A DNA stretch of 64,000 nucleotides from Mobula hypostoma (Eukaryota), in contig NC_086101.1 in the NCBI RefSeq assembly GCF_963921235.1, positions 3,970,001-4,034,000 of the forward strand. The letters run 5' to 3'. The translations under genes and the position numbers were made by a program. Of the stretch, positions 39,865-55,200 are shown in pieces; position 1 is the stretch's first letter, and each line of letters opens with the position of its first letter. Under the pieces are notes generated by a model. It had not been told where the DNA came from. It worked only from the letters and a program-made list of their open reading frames with translations, and searched no databases.

Positions 39865-40275
39865 ATGGCTTCGAAACGACAGGTCGAGAGTTTGACCGAG
39901 GAGGTAATTTGTCCCATCTGCCTGGATTTCTTCACCGATCCAGTTATACTGGAGTGTGGGCACAACTTCTGTCGCTCCTGTATCACACGGTGTTGGGAAA
40001 AGGCGGAGAGAAACTCCTGCCCGGAATGTAGAGAGGAGTTTGCAGACCGCACCCTCAGGGTCAGTCGGGCCTTAGCAAATCTGTCTGAGAAAGCTCGAAA
40101 ACTAAACCTGAATCCGAAAGGGAAGGAAAGTAAACTTCACTGCGAGGAACATGAGGAAGAATTGAAGCTGTTTTGTGAGACGGACAAGAAACTGGTCTGT
40201 CTGGTCTGTAGAGACGCGCGGGAACACAGAGAGCACCGCTTCCTGCCGATTAAAGAAGCTGTTGAAGTCTATAAG
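39865..40275 (+). CDS. TRIM coding exon 1: RING and B-box2
   Basis: C3HC4 RING CPICLDFFTDPVILECGHNFCRSC...CPEC; B-box CEEHEEELKLFCETDKKLVCLVCRDAREHREH; donor AAG|gtaaaa, phase 0. Confidence 0.95.
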
Positions 40276-43200
40276 GTAAAAACAAATCGATTTTGATCAC
40301 CTGATGTTTTTCTTCATGACATATTTATTTTCTCACCCCTGGTGTTTATGTCAATCAACTGGCCCGAATCGGCAATGCACCTTTATTGTCTAATTCCTTC
40401 ACTCTCTGCTTCCCAGGACCGGGTGAAATCTGCCTTAGACTCTCTCACAGAAAAGAAATCCGAGCTCAAGGAAATGGAACGGCAACAGAAAGAGAAGATT
40501 TCCGGAGTTCGGGTGAGGATTTCCTGAGCAGAATTTCCATTATTATTGTGTAGTTTTGATCTCTTTAATGCCGAATAGAGTATCGCAGCTCCAGTGACCT
40601 GGATTCGATTCTGACCTCTGGTGCTGTTTGCGTGGAGTTTGCATGTTCTCCTTGAGATCACCGTGGGCCGGCATTGCCAAGAAATCCAGGTTGAATGTAT
40701 CATTCGCTTCTGTAATTAACCCTGTGAAGGCGGGTGGACTGTGAATCAGGTGAGAGGTAATGGGTCAGTGAGGAAGAATTGGTTTCAGGGATTGAATTTC
40801 TGAGAATCAGCATAGAGTCAACAGGCTGAATGGTCTCCTTCCAGGTGATAGGGAAATACTTTACAGCCAAATAATAAACTAGCCTCTCCTTTCATTTGAC
40901 AGGAACAGTCAAACGGCGTTCAGTCCCACATCACATCCCAGTTCGCTGAACTGCGCCAGATTATCACTGAGAAAGAGCAGCGCTTACTCCGAGATCTCAG
41001 GGAAGAAGAGGCGAGGATTCTAAATCCAATGGAGATAAATCTTCGACAGATTCAAGAGAATTTAAATTCTATCCAGGAGGAAATCTCCAAGTTACAGGAA
41101 CAGTTGGACCAACAAGAAAATATCACATTCCTCATGGTGAGAGATTTCAGTTTGGTTCTGTAAAAGTGCAGAGTATCAAAATGATGTATTTTAACTCAAT
41201 GTGGTATTTACAGATACTATCATTGTAAACAAATTGAAACTGGACAGATGTTTTGACTGTACAGGACTGTTGCCATTCCCCAAACCGGCCTCCCACAATA
41301 TCTGTACGTCACAGGACAGTCTGCAACCTTCTCGGGAATGAGTTACTCTGATCAGAGCACTGAGCTGGTGATCGTTTCTGTGATTTACACGTATAATTGA
41401 TTTCCACGTGTAGACTCAGAGTAACCAGTTACAGTCACAGGCTGTGAGTGTGTCTGGTGTGGTGGGTGTGATGGTCTCTCTGTCTATCAGTGGGAACTGA
41501 GATTGATTTGCACATTGTGACCTACACATCAGATTAAATATCGACAGCGTCTATAAAAGTATTCACCACCCCCCCTCCCCACTTGAAAGTTTTCATGTTT
41601 TTCATGTTTTATTGTCTCAAAGTGAAAACAGATCTCTGCATTAATCTAAATTAATTAGAAATATAAAACACAAAATAACTGATTGCATAAGTATTCACCC
41701 CCATGAAGTCAGTATTTTGTAGATGCATCTTTGTCAGCATTTACAGCCTTGAGTCTGTATGGATAGCTCTCTATCAGCTTTGCACATCTGGACACTATAA
41801 TTTTTCCCCATTCTTCTTCACAAAGATGCATAAGATCAGTCAGAATGTATGGGGATTGTGAGTGGACAGCACTTTTCAAGTCCAGCCACAAATTCTCAAT
41901 TGGATTGAGGTCTGGACTCTGACTTGGTCACTTCAGGACAATAAATTTGTTATTTTTAAACTATTCCTGTGTAGCTTTGACTTTATGCTTGAGGTCATTG
42001 CCTTGCTGGAAAACAATTCTTTTCCCAAGTCGTATTTCTCTTGCAGACTGCATCAGGTTTTCCTCCAGGATTTCCCTGTATTTTGCTGCTTTCATTTTCT
42101 CTTCTGCCATACAAGCCTTCCAGGGCCTGTTGCGGTGAACCATCCCCACAGCATTATGCAGCCGCCACCGTGCTTCACGGTAGGGATGTTTTTGATTATG
42201 TGCCATGTATCCCTTGCTCCTAAAATAGTGTTTGATCTGATGGCCAAAAAGCTCAATTTTGGTTTCATCAGGCCATAGAACCTTCTTCCAGCTGACTTCA
42301 GAGTCTCCCACATGCCTTCTGGAAACTCTTGCCAAGATTTCATGTTCGTTTTTTTCAACAATGGCTTTCTCTTTGCCACTGTCCCATAAAACTGTGACCG
42401 GTGAGCAATTGTTGTTTTCGTAGTCTCTCCTATCTCAGCCATTGAGGCTTGTAACTCCTCCAGAGTTGTCATAGGTTTCTTGGTGGCCTCTCTGACTAGT
42501 CCCCTTCTTGCAGAGTAATTCAGTTGACAGCCTGTTCCAGGCATATTTACAGTTGTGCCATATTGCTTCCATTTCTTGATGATTGACATAATTTAGTGAC
42601 TTGGAAATGTTCCTGTATCCATCTCCTGACTTTTGTTTTTCAATAACCTTTTTACAGAGTTGCTTGGAGTATTCTTTAGACTTCTTGGTGTAGTTTTTGC
42701 CAGGATACTGATTCACCAGCAGTTGGACCTTCCAGATACAGGTGTATTTTTACGACAATCAATTTGAAACATTTTGACTGCACACAGGTCTCCGGAAACA
42801 GATCTCCATTTAACTAATTATGTGACTTCTAAAACCAATTGGCTGCACTAGCGATAATTTGGTGTGTCATATTTAAGGAGGTGAATTCTGATGCAATCAA
42901 TTATTTTGTGTTTTATATTTGCAATTAATTTAGATCACTTTGTAGAGGTCTGATTTCACTTTTAACACAAAAGAGTCTTATTCTTTTGATCAGTGTCAAA
43001 CAAGCCAAATTAATTCTACTGTGATTCAATTTTTTATAACAATAAAAGATGAAAACTTCCAAGGGGGGTGAATACTTTTTACAGGCACTGTATATCAGCT
43101 TGTAACAGGTTCATTGTTTTAGAGACCTTTCTTTTCCAGATATATTCTTCATCAGATTATATCCCATTTTACATCATAGACAGGTCTTTCAACCCTTCTT

Positions 43201-46200
43201 CTCATATCATTTCCCACTTCAGAAGCAACCTTCCACCTATCACCACACCCAGCAACAGTGCCCAGAACTCCATAAGAACATAAGAATTAGGAGCAGGAGT
43301 CGGCCATCTGGACCATCGAGCCTGCTCCTCCATTCAATAGGATCATGGCTAATCTGACCATGGACTGATCCCCACCTTCCTGCCTTTTCCCCATAATCCT
43401 TAATTCCTCTACTGTGCAAAAAATTATCCAACCTTGTCTTAAATATATTTATTGCGGTGGCCTCTATTGTTTCATTGGGCAGAGAATTCCACAATCTCAC
43501 TTCCCTCTGGGAAAAGCAGTTCCTCCTCATCTCTGTCCTAAATTTACTCCCCTGAATCTTGAGGCAGTGCCCCCTAGTTCTAGTCTCACTTACCAGTGGA
43601 AACAACTTTCCTGCCTCTATCCCTTTCATAATTTTATGTTTCTATAAGATCTCCTCTCATCCTTCTGAATTACAGCGATACAGTCCCAGGTGACTCAATC
43701 TCTCCTCATATCTAACCTCCTCATCTCTGGAATCAACCTGGTGAACCTCCTCAGCACCACCTCCAAAGCCAGTATATCCTTCCTCAAGTGAGGAGATCAG
43801 AACTGCAGGCAGTACTCCAGATGTGGCCTCACCATTATCCTGTACAGTTGCAGCATAACCTCCCTGCTCTGAAATTCAATCTCTCTAGCAATGAAGGTCA
43901 ACATCCCATTTTCCTTCTTGACAGCCTGCTGCTTCTGCAAACCAATCTTCTTGCGACTCATGCACAAGTACTCCCAAGTCCCTCTGCACAGCAGCATGCT
44001 AAAAACTTTTACCATTTTAATAATAAGCTGATCTTCCACTTTTCCTTCTAAAGTAGATGACCTCACACTTACCAACATTGTACTCCATCTGCCAGGCCCT
44101 TGCCCATTCACTTAACCTATCTATGTCTCTCTGCAGACTCTCCGTATCCTCTGCACAATTTGCTTTTGCACTCAATTTACTGTCATCAGCAAAATTAAAT
44201 ACACTGATTCTGTCTTGCAGTTCGTGGGTGTATATGGTGAACAGTTGCAGGCCCAGCACTGACCCCTGCAGCACACCACTCACCACTAATTGCCAACCAT
44301 GGAAACACCCATGTATCCCAACTCTCTGCTTTCTGTTGGTTAACTAATCCTCTAGCCATGCTAATAGATCACCCCAACTCTATGCATCCTTATCTTATGG
44401 ATAAGTCTTTTATGTGGCACCTTATCAAATGCCTTTTGGAAGTCTAAGTAAATAACTTCTATCTGTTTTCTATCCACTGCGCTCATTATATCCTCAAAGA
44501 ACTCCAGTAAGTTTATCACACAGGAGCTGTCTTTGCTGAATCCATGCTGCTCTGTGTGGTAGATCCATTTCTTTCCAGATGCTTCGCCTTTTCCTTTTGA
44601 TTGATAGCTTCAAGCATTTTCCCAGCTACAGACATTAAACTAACTGGCATATAGTTGCCTGACTTTTGCCTACATCCTTTGTTGAACAGTGGTGTAACTT
44701 TCGCCGTCTTTCAATCCTCTGAGACCTGCCCAGAATCTTGAGAGTTTTGGTAAATTATCACCGAAGCCTTTGCCATTTCGTTCAGTATCCTGGGATGTAT
44801 TCCAGGACCTACCGATCTTTAGGCTCATATGTTTGCTCAGCGCTACCTCTTCAGTGATAGCTATTGTGTTGAGGTCCTCACCTCTTATCGCAGTCATATA
44901 CTTTCTCTTTGGCATGTGAGATGTGTCCTCCACCACAAAGACCGAAATAAAATAGTCATTCAAAGCCTCGGCCATTTCCTCATTACGGAATATCAATTCC
45001 CCTTTCTCGTCCTACAAGGGACCTACGTTCACCTTGGCCACCCTTTTCCGCTTTGTAAAATTATAAAATCTTTTACTATCCATTTTTACATTTTGTGCTA
45101 GTTTATTTTCATAAGCTAACTTACCTTTCTTTATTGTTCACTTTGTGGTTCTTTGTTACTTTTTAAAGTTTTCCCAATCTTCCAGTTTCCCACTAGTCTT
45201 GGCAACGTTGTACGCATGAGTTTTCAGTTTGATGCCTTCCTTTACTTCCTTAGTTATTCTTGGCTCTCCCCACCCTTACTGTCCTTGTTTTTAACTGGAA
45301 TATACTTCTGTTGAGCACCATGAAAAATCTCTTTGAAAATCTTCCACTGTTGCTCAACCGTCCCACCATATACCCTGTGTTCCCAGTCTACCACATCCAG
45401 CTCTTCCCCCATCCCTTTGCAGTCTCCCTTGTTTAGGCATAATACACTGGTTTTAGATCAAACTATTGCACCCTCCATTTGTATGAGAAACTCAATCATA
45501 CCGTCATCACTCTTTTCAAAAGGATCCTTTAACTACAAGATCACTAATTTTACCTGTCTCATTGCACAAGACCCAATCTAAGTTACCACATTCCCTTGTA
45601 GGTTCAGTCACATGCTATTCAAGAAAGCTATCACGTATGATTCTATGAAGTCCTCCTCAAGAATACCTCGACCAACATAATTCACCCAGTTAAAGTACCC
45701 CACGATAACTGCTCATGCCTCAGATATTTCTCTGTTTATTGCCTGTGCCACTGTAATGTTAATATTCAGTGGCTGATAGACAACTCCCAACAGTGATTTT
45801 TTTCCCTTTACTATTCCGAATCACTACATTCTGCTCCTTAGATCTAATATCGTCTCTCACTATCGCCCGGATCTGATCCTTAATTAACAGCTCTACCCCA
45901 CCTCCTTTACCTTCCTGCCTATCCTTCCGTATTACCTGATATCCTTGGATATTTCATTCCCAAACCTCTCCACCATGCAACCATGTTTCTGTAATGGCCA
46001 CTAAATCAAACCCCTTTATACTGACTGGTACCACAACTTCACTGACCTTGTTATGAATACTACGGGCATTCAGGTAAAGTGTCCTTACAATCTAGTGATC
46101 TTTGTGTGTTTTGCACTTGTCTTTTCCGCAGTCCACCCTTACTTTTCTCTTTCGTCACTTTTGCTTTTCCTATATTTTTATCCATGCTTTTCTCTTTTAC

Positions 46201-49200
46201 TTTACCCAGACTTCTCCAATCTGTTGATCCCACCCCCCATCTATTTAGTTTAGAGTCCTATCCACAGCCCTAGTTATGCCATTCACCAGGATCCGGGTCC
46301 CATCACAGTTCAGATGGAGCCCGTCCCATTAGAACAGCTCCCTCTTCGCCAATTCTGGTGCCAGTTTCCTATGAATTCAAACACACTTCTCCCACACCAA
46401 TCGTGGTGCCACACATGGAACTCTCTGAACCTTCTTAACCCTGAGCCAATTTGCACGTGGCTTAGGTAGTAATCCAGAGAAGACCGCCTTTTTGGTTATG
46501 CTTTTTAATTTAGTCCCTTGCTGCTCAAATTTCCTCAGTAGAACCTCTTTCCTCGTTCTTCCTATGTTGTTGGTACCCAGACGGACCATGATAACTGGAT
46601 CTTTCCCCTCCCAATGCAAACTCCTCTGCAGGTCGGATACGATATCCCGAACCCGGGCACCAGGGAGACAACACAGCCTTCGGGACACTCTATCCCTGCG
46701 ACAGAGAGCTCTGTCTATTCCCCTGACTATACCATCCCCAATTACCACTACATTTCTCTTCTCTCCCCCCACCCCCTCGATTGTCTCCCTGAATCACGGT
46801 GCCACAGTTAGGTTGCTCATTGTTCCTACAGCCTCCACTCTCATCCACACAGGGAGCAAGAATCTCAGACCTGAGACCCAAGAGCTGAGGCTCCTCCAGT
46901 TCTCTCTTGGACCCCACTACCCACCTCACCCACAGTCAGACCCTCTTGGCCCGGACCACAGACTGAAATTGAGGCAGCTAATCTAATGGGTGTGCCTACC
47001 TCCCGAAACAGAGAATCCAGGTAACTCTCCCCCTCCCTGATGTGCCTCAGTGTTTGAAGCTCAGATTCCAGGTCATCAGCTTTGAGCCTGAGTTCCTCAG
47101 CAGCCAACGCTTGCTGCAGATGTGGTCACCAGGAACCACAATGGGGTCCACCAGCTCCCACATCATGCAGCTACAGCACATCACCCAATCCTGCATCATC
47201 CCTACTTGAGTTAATTAGTTGTAGTCTGGTGACTTTTTATTCAACCACTACAAAAGCTTTACCCAATACTCAACTGTGCTTCCTCACAGAAGCCTCTTGA
47301 GTCAAAATCGGTAAACTATACCGTGAAACAACGGTAAGTCCCGCCTTGTTGGTCCGACAACAACTTCATCACTATTCCAATTACTGGTTTGCTTTCTCTC
47401 TTTGCAAAACACGCTACGTACCTCTATTACCGCGGGCGCTAGCAAACGGCTTATGCAAAGGCGAGAAAAATGGCCTCTCAAAACAAGGGATAGGCTATAA
47501 AAAATCCTTTGTGGCCACTGTAAGGTGACCAAACACAAGCTATAGAAGCAGTCATTTCTGTAATTAAAAAAAAAACAAAAAATGCTACAGGGCAAACCAA
47601 CCAAACCTCTTTCTCACGCACACTCTAACTCACCCTCACTCTCCTGAACAACATGCAGAGTTGGACTGGAGTTTGTATGTGTTTATCCAGCTTCCCCATT
47701 ACATTCAATCTCTGCTGTTCCACTTCAATCACTCCTGTGGCAGTGAGTTCCACATTCCCTTCACTACATTTCAAGCACAGATACGTTCTGTACCCACACC
47801 CAATCCAATCCACCACTAATCTTAAATTTCGGCATCTGATCCTCCCTGACATGATATCCCAATAAAAATGGACAGCCTGTCCAGTCTTTCCCATCAGTTC
47901 CATCCTCTCAGTTATGGGATAATTATCAGAAACATTCCTTGTACTTTCTCCCGGGTTCTGTGTCCCTTGTTGCAGTATCCCCTTTCTCCGTGTGTGAGCT
48001 GAGAAGTGGGAAATTTCAATCACTTGGCTCAAATTCCTGCTGTCAGGATGTACACAGTCAGTGAATTGAGATCTGTATTTTATTTATTTCAGGAGGAAGC
48101 TCGTCGGAAGAGGAGGTAGGACATGGTCTTTACTGAAACACAGTTGGATTTGTAAAATAGTTCAAATATCACTGATGCTCAGTTTATAACCAGCTGTGTA
48201 ATATTTACAGGATTAGTGATGATAAACATCTGTTGTCAGTGACACAGGGCGCTCTACCTGTCGAAAAATTCGATCAGCCCTTTTTGTTGAACACAACGTT
48301 GAGAGAAATGTCTGATACAATTAAGCGAGGTAAACATTTACAGTTTCCTTTCTCCATGTTTGTGAACAATTTTAAGCAATACTTACTCGCAAAGACTGTC
48401 TGTAACTCTGGGTGAAGGCATCACTGTCACATGGTCAGCTGGAGATGTCCGACCCCTGAACACACCAGCACTGGGACACACTACACCCAATACACGGGAC
48501 TGTTAGATTATCCACTGTATCTTGAACCAACTCACACTGTACAAACACGCCAAGACATTACCAGGTAATAAAAGCTGGTATCTGTCCTGTGAATGGGATT
48601 GTCATGAAAATACGTACGAGTCCTTCAGAGAAGGAAATCTGCTTCACTCAGCCTGTCTGACCTGTCCGTGACTGCAGACTCTGACTGACTCAGGTCTGCC
48701 CCCTGCTGGACTCGCGAGTCTCACTATTATCAACCCCCACATTGAAGCATTGTCAGACTGAGCCCGGACACACCTCCCAGCATTGACCTCGGTCAAGATT
48801 TCATCTCGGGAGAAGCTCACACATCATTACCAGCCTGGCAATGCTCCTTCACATACATACACAGAACAATTGGCAGATCATTCCCCCTCTCCACCTCCAT
48901 CTGCCTTCTCCCTCACCTGGACTCACCTCTCACCCGACAACTCTTGCTCATCCCCCTCTCCTATTTCTTATTCTGCATCTTATTCTTATTCTCCATTATG
49001 TTGCCTTCCTTTCCAGTCCCGGTGAATGGTCTCAGCCTGAAGTGTCAACTCTTTCATTTCCCTCCGAAAACCGTGCGTGACTCAAGTTCCTCTGGCATTT
49101 TGTGTGTGTGACCGGCAAGATTCCGGTTGTGAATGAACCCAGTGACTGAGATTGCAGAGCCACCAGGATAGAGAGTTCCAAAGATTCACACCCCTCTGCG

Positions 49201-52200
49201 AGAAGAAAGTTCTCCTCTTCTCAATGCGAATTGACATTTCCCTTATTCAGAGTCTGTGAGCTCTGGTTCCAGACTCATCGGCCAAAGGAAACATCCTCCC
49301 TGCATCCAGCCCGTCGAGCCTTGTTAGAAGTTTATAACTTTCCATGGAATTCATCAACACAGCCAGGCTCCAGGGAGAGATTCCTCAGGAAGATGATCTG
49401 GGAATGGGTTTCGCCGATGTTTATTCACAGGGATTTCAACACACATTTGTGGCCAGTAAACGGTGAATATTCTGTGGTTGTTCACTGAGGCTCCAGTTAC
49501 AGCTTTAGTTAACTTTATTTCTCCTCTCCCCACAAATCTGACTGCACTGAGATTTGATCATTTCAGAAGCCGGCACCTCCCTACATTGAATCTCCAGGGT
49601 CTCTGCGGTTGTCAGATCCTCGTTCCCTCCCCTCGGGAGGCTCTTTTATCGAGTTGAGAAACAGGACATTCAGTGAAAAGCTGCAATACCAAAGGCAGCA
49701 ACACGCCCACATCCTCTGTCGATATCTCATTCGAGCCATTGAGATATAAACAGGGAATCAGGCCCTTCGGCCCATCTTGTCCATACTATAATTATAAATA
49801 ATGAGAAGTATAAATAACATTATCAATAATCAAAAATGTTTCAGTGATCCAGCAGTGATCTAGATAAACACCTCCACTGTTCACTATATGACCAATTTTG
49901 TTGTCATCTACAAACTTACAAACCATGCCATCCATATGCTCTTCCAAATCGTTAGTATCAATGAATAGTAGACCCTGAACAGATCCCCATGTAGACGACT
50001 GGTCACAGTGCTCCAGTCTGGACAGCAGCTCTCCACCACCACCCTCTGTCTCCTGCTACCAGGCAATTTTACATCCAACTGGATAGCTCACCCTGAATCC
50101 CAAGTGATCAAACCTCTTCGAGCCTTTCTCATGGAAGCTTGTCAAAGTCCCTGCTAAAGTTCATGTGGACAATGTCTATCACCCTATTCTCAGCAGTCCT
50201 TTCTGTCACCTCAGCAAAAAAAAATAGTTAAGTTTATGAGTCACTATTTCCCAGGCATAAAACAGAGCTGACTATCCTGAGTCAGTCCCTGCCTTTCCAA
50301 ATGCTGGCAAATCTGTCTCTCAGTCTCCATTCCAGTAATTGTCCCACCATTGATGTTAAACTCAGCGGCCTGGAGTTCCCTGGCTTGACCTTCCAGTCCC
50401 TCTTAACTCAAGACAGCACCTGAGCCACCCTCCTGACTTCCAGCAGCTCACCTGTGGTGAAATATGAAGCAAATATATCCGCCAGGGCCCTGAATTTGTT
50501 CCCGAGTCTTAAGGTACTCAGACAGAGTAGATCATGGTCTGGGGCTCATTCACCTTCACTTTTGCACTGTGATATGTTCCAAGACGCTACTGTTCATGTT
50601 CCTTAATTCCTTAGTTTACATGCCCTCTCCCATCTCCTTTTCTCGATGACCACATTGATCTTTAGGGTGACCTGTTCGAGTCAGGGTGTCCTACATTTGT
50701 CCCAATGTCCATGCTGTCTGTGTTGCCCAGTGAGCTGGTGCCATCTGCTCACGTTTGGTCCAGAGCCCCATAAAACTCTTCAATCCATGTACTACCTACT
50801 GTATATTCTTTTAAATGTTGCTTTTTTATAGCAGGGCATTCCAAATATGCACCACCCTTTGTGTGAACAAAATATTTCTGAAGTCCCTTTTAAGTCCATC
50901 GGCTCTGATCTTAAACCTTTGCACTCTTGTTCCTCACACACCCTCTCTGGAGAAAAGCCCTAATTTGGAAGGGGATGAGGACCGGAGTGATAGGGCTGAG
51001 GATGGGGCAGTTGATATACAAGTTGATGCATTTTGTAGTGGGACGGTGAGGAAGAACAGACAGATGATGGGACTGAAATGCAGTTGGGGGGATGAGTTGC
51101 AGTCAACAGGGGGCAAAATCTAAAAGAGTGACCAATATAGGATTGAAGGTGCTATGTTTGAATGCACTAGGCACACAGAATAAGGTAGACGATCTTGTCG
51201 CACAATTAGAGACCGGTAGGTATGACATCATGGGCATCACTGAATAGTGGCTGAAAGAAGATCATAGTTGGGAGCACAGAGTAGATCTGGAAAGGCTGTT
51301 TCCCCTGGTGAGTGAGTCCAGGACAAGAGGCCACAGTCTTAGAATTACAGGGTACCCATTTAAAACAGAGAAGAGGAAAAATTTTTTTAGCCAGAGGGTT
51401 GTGTATTTATGGAATTCGTTGCTACATCCAGCTGTGGAGGCCCAATCATTGAGGGTGTTTAAGGAGGAGATTGATCGGTATCTAATTAGTCAGGCTATCA
51501 AGAGATATGGGGAAAAAGCCGGAAATTGGAACTAGATGGGAGAATAGTTTAGCTCATGGTGGAGTGGCAGAGCAGACTCGATGGGCCGAATGGCCTACTT
51601 CTGCCCCTTTGTCTTGTGATCTTAACATCCAAGGATTCACAGGGTATCGAAGGGACTGGCAGGTAGGCAGAGTGGGTGCATTGGTAAAAATTGAAATCAA
51701 ATCCTCAGAAAGAGGTGACATAGGATTGGAAGGTTTAGCTTCTTGTGGGAAGAGCTAAGAGCCTGCAAAGGTGAAAACACCCTGTTGGGAGTTAGATGCA
51801 TTCTTCCGAACAGTAGCCAGGACATGGGATATACGTTACAATGGGAGATAGAAAATGCATGTAATAAAGGCACTGTTCCGATAACTATGGGGAATTTCAA
51901 TATGCAGGTGGGTTGGGAAAATCTGGTTGAGCTGAAGCCTGAGAAATGGAATTTGTAGGGTGGCTTTTTAGAGCAGCTTATATTAATGACTTGGATGAGG
52001 GAATTAAATGCAGCATCTCCAAGTTTGCGGATGACACGAAGCTGGGTGGCAGTGTTAGCTGTGAGGAGGATGCTAAGAGGATGCAGGGTGACTTGGATAG
52101 GTTGGGTGAGTGGGCAAACTCATGGCAGATGCAATTTAATGTGGATAAATGTGAAGTTATCACCAGATTGATTCCTGGGATGGCAGGACTTTCATATGAA

Positions 52201-55200
52201 GAAAGACTGGATGAACTGGGCTTGTACTCGTTGGAATTTAGAAAATTGAGGGGGGATCTGATTGAAACATATAAAATCCTAAAGGGATTGGACAGGCTAG
52301 ATGCAGGAAGATTGTTCCCGATGTTGGGGAAGTCCAGAATGAAGGGTCACAGTTTGAGGATAAAGGGGAAGCCTTTTAGGACCGAGATTAGGAAAAACTT
52401 CTTCACACAGAGAGTGGTGAATCTGTGGAACTCTCTGCCACAGGAAACAGTTGAGGCCAGTTCATTGGCTATATTTAAGAGGGAGTTGGATATGGCCCTT
52501 GTGGCTACGGGGATCAGGGGGTATGGAGGGAAGGCTGGGGCAGGGTTCTGAGTTGGATGATCAGCCATGATCATAATAAAAGGCGGTGCAGGCTCGAAGG
52601 GCCGAATGGCCTACTCCTGTACCTATTTTCTATGTTTCTATAACATGAGAGAATTCACCCTGCAGATGAACAGGGAGGAGATACAGTCAGATCTATCAGC
52701 ATGACAGTGGGGTAAAGGGAATTACAGAGGCATGAGACAGTAAATGACCAAAGCTGATTGGAAGGAGACACAATCAGGGATGATTCAAAGGTCAAAGTAA
52801 TTTCATTGTGAAAATACAATTGTGCTAAAACTGGCAAATGCAATGTTGGCATTCATTTCAAAGGGATTCGAATATAAAAACAATGAGATAATGCTGAGTC
52901 TTTATAAGACACACGTCAAGCTGCATTTGGAGTACTGTCCACAGGTTTGACCCGATATCTCAGAAAGGATGCGTTGTCGTTGGAGAGAGTCCAGAAGAGG
53001 TTCACGAGGATCATTCCACGAATGAAGGGGTTAACATATAAGGAATGTTTGGCAGCTTTATGTCTGTACTCACTGGAATTTAGAAGAATGCGGGGAGATA
53101 TCATGAAACCTACTGAATATTGAAAGAATCAGATAAAGTGGAGGTCGAGAGGATGTTTCCTATAGTGTGGGTGTCCAGAACTAGAGGCACAGACTCAACA
53201 TTGAGGGGAGACCCATTAGAACAGAGTAAGGTGGAATTTATTTAACCAGAAAGTAGTGAATCTGTTCAATGCTCTGCCAAAGACAGCTGTGGAGACCAAG
53301 ACCGTAGGTATATTTAAAGTGAGAACTGATAGTTTTATGATTGGTCAGTTTATGGACAGAAGGCAGATACAGTGGGTTTGAGTGGAATCTAGGATAAGCC
53401 ATGATAGAATACTCGATGGGCTGAATGGCCTAATTCTGCTCCTATATCTTATGGTCCTATTGGTCTATTCATTACTCATTATCTTCCATACCCATGTCTC
53501 TAAGAACACACTGAGGGCCTCTCCCATCTCCTGTGGCTCCAGGTGCAGTGGCACGGTAGCGTAGTGGTTAGCACAACGCTTCACAGTACAGGTGACAAGG
53601 GTTCAATTCCCACAGCTGCCTGCACAGGGTTTGCACGTTCTCCCTGGACCGTGTGGGTTTCCTCCGTGTGCTCTGGTTTCCTCCCACAGTCCAGAGATGT
53701 ACCGGTTGGTAGGTCATTGTAAATTGTCCCATGATGCGTCTAGGATTAAATCAGGGGATTTCTGGGTGGTGTGGTTCGAAGGGCTGGAAGGGCCGATTCC
53801 CCTCTGTATCTCAATAAATTTATCATTAATGATGGAAACCCTGCATCAGGACAGAGAGTGGAGTGTGTGGGTGATCAGGGGCTGTGAGGGGAGTGGGTTT
53901 GTGGGAAGGGGGACAAAGATCCCTTATAAATCATTCCCCTGCCACCTTAAATCTACACCCTCCAGTTTTGGACACCTTATTCTGGGAAAAAATGGCACCT
54001 TACCTTTGCCCCCCCATGATTTTATATACCTTGACAAGGGGTCACCCTTAAACTCCAGGGAAATATCCCCAGTTTATCCAGTCTCTCATTTTAAACCAAG
54101 CCCTCCAGTCCTGGTAACATCCTCCTGAATCTTTCTGTCCAGTGTAATGACATCCATCCCACAGTCCGGGAACCAGGAATGCACACAGTACTCCGAGTGT
54201 GGTCTACCATCGATGTCAACGGCCTTGGTGAAGATCATGTGAACAATGTCAATCACCCTGTCCTGGTCAATCCTCTCTGTCACCTCTTCAAGAATCTCAG
54301 TCAAATTTGTGAGACGTGATTTCCCGAGCACGTTGTCGTCCTCACCTTTCCAAATGCTGCTCGATCCTGTCCTCAGAAACTTTCCAACCACTGATGTTAC
54401 GCTCAGTGTCCTGGAGTTCCCCAGAGTCATCTTCCAGCCCTGTTAATGAAATGCACAACCTCAGCCGCTTTCCAATCATCTGGAACGTCAGCTGTGGCTA
54501 AATGTGAAGCAAATAAATCTGCCAGGGTCCCTGTAATTTCATCCACTATCCTAATGAGTGTCTGAGGGGGTTGGGGTTACAGAAAGAGGCAAAGAGACCC
54601 TCACAACCCATCTTCATCCCCCAACACTTTCTAGTTGCCCCGAAACACACAGTTCACCCACAGGCTTTCCACCCCTCCCCCACCTGGTTCTGGTTACATC
54701 TGCCATTCTTCTCTACCCCAATGGTTCCCATTATTAGCTCACACTCCCCCACCCTCCCCCAAAACTTCACTCCATCTTCCACTCACTGTTTTGTCTCTGT
54801 GTCTGTCTTTGTCTATCATTCACTTCCCAATGTCTCCCAAATCCAGCTCACATCCTCACCCCGCCCTACCTGGGGCAACCTGCTCATCATCCTTCACCCC
54901 TCCTCAGTCCACAGTCACCTCAGACTCGTCTCATCATCCTTCACCCCTCCTCAGTCCACAGTCACCTCAGACTCGTCTCATCATCCTTCACCCCTCCTCA
55001 GTCCACAGTCACCTCAGACACGCCTGATTGTCCTTCACCCCTCCTCAGTCCACAGTCACCTCAGACTCCCCCTGTCTCATCATCCTTCATACCTCCTCAG
55101 TCCACAGTCACTTCAGACTCGTCTCATCATCCTTCACCCCTCCTCAGTCCACAGTCACCTCAGACTCATCTCATCATTCTTCACCCCTCCTCAGTCCACA

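Noticed and set aside
53548..53620. tRNA gene
   Set aside because: A and B boxes are present but there is no convincing cloverleaf, and it continues into a SINE body.
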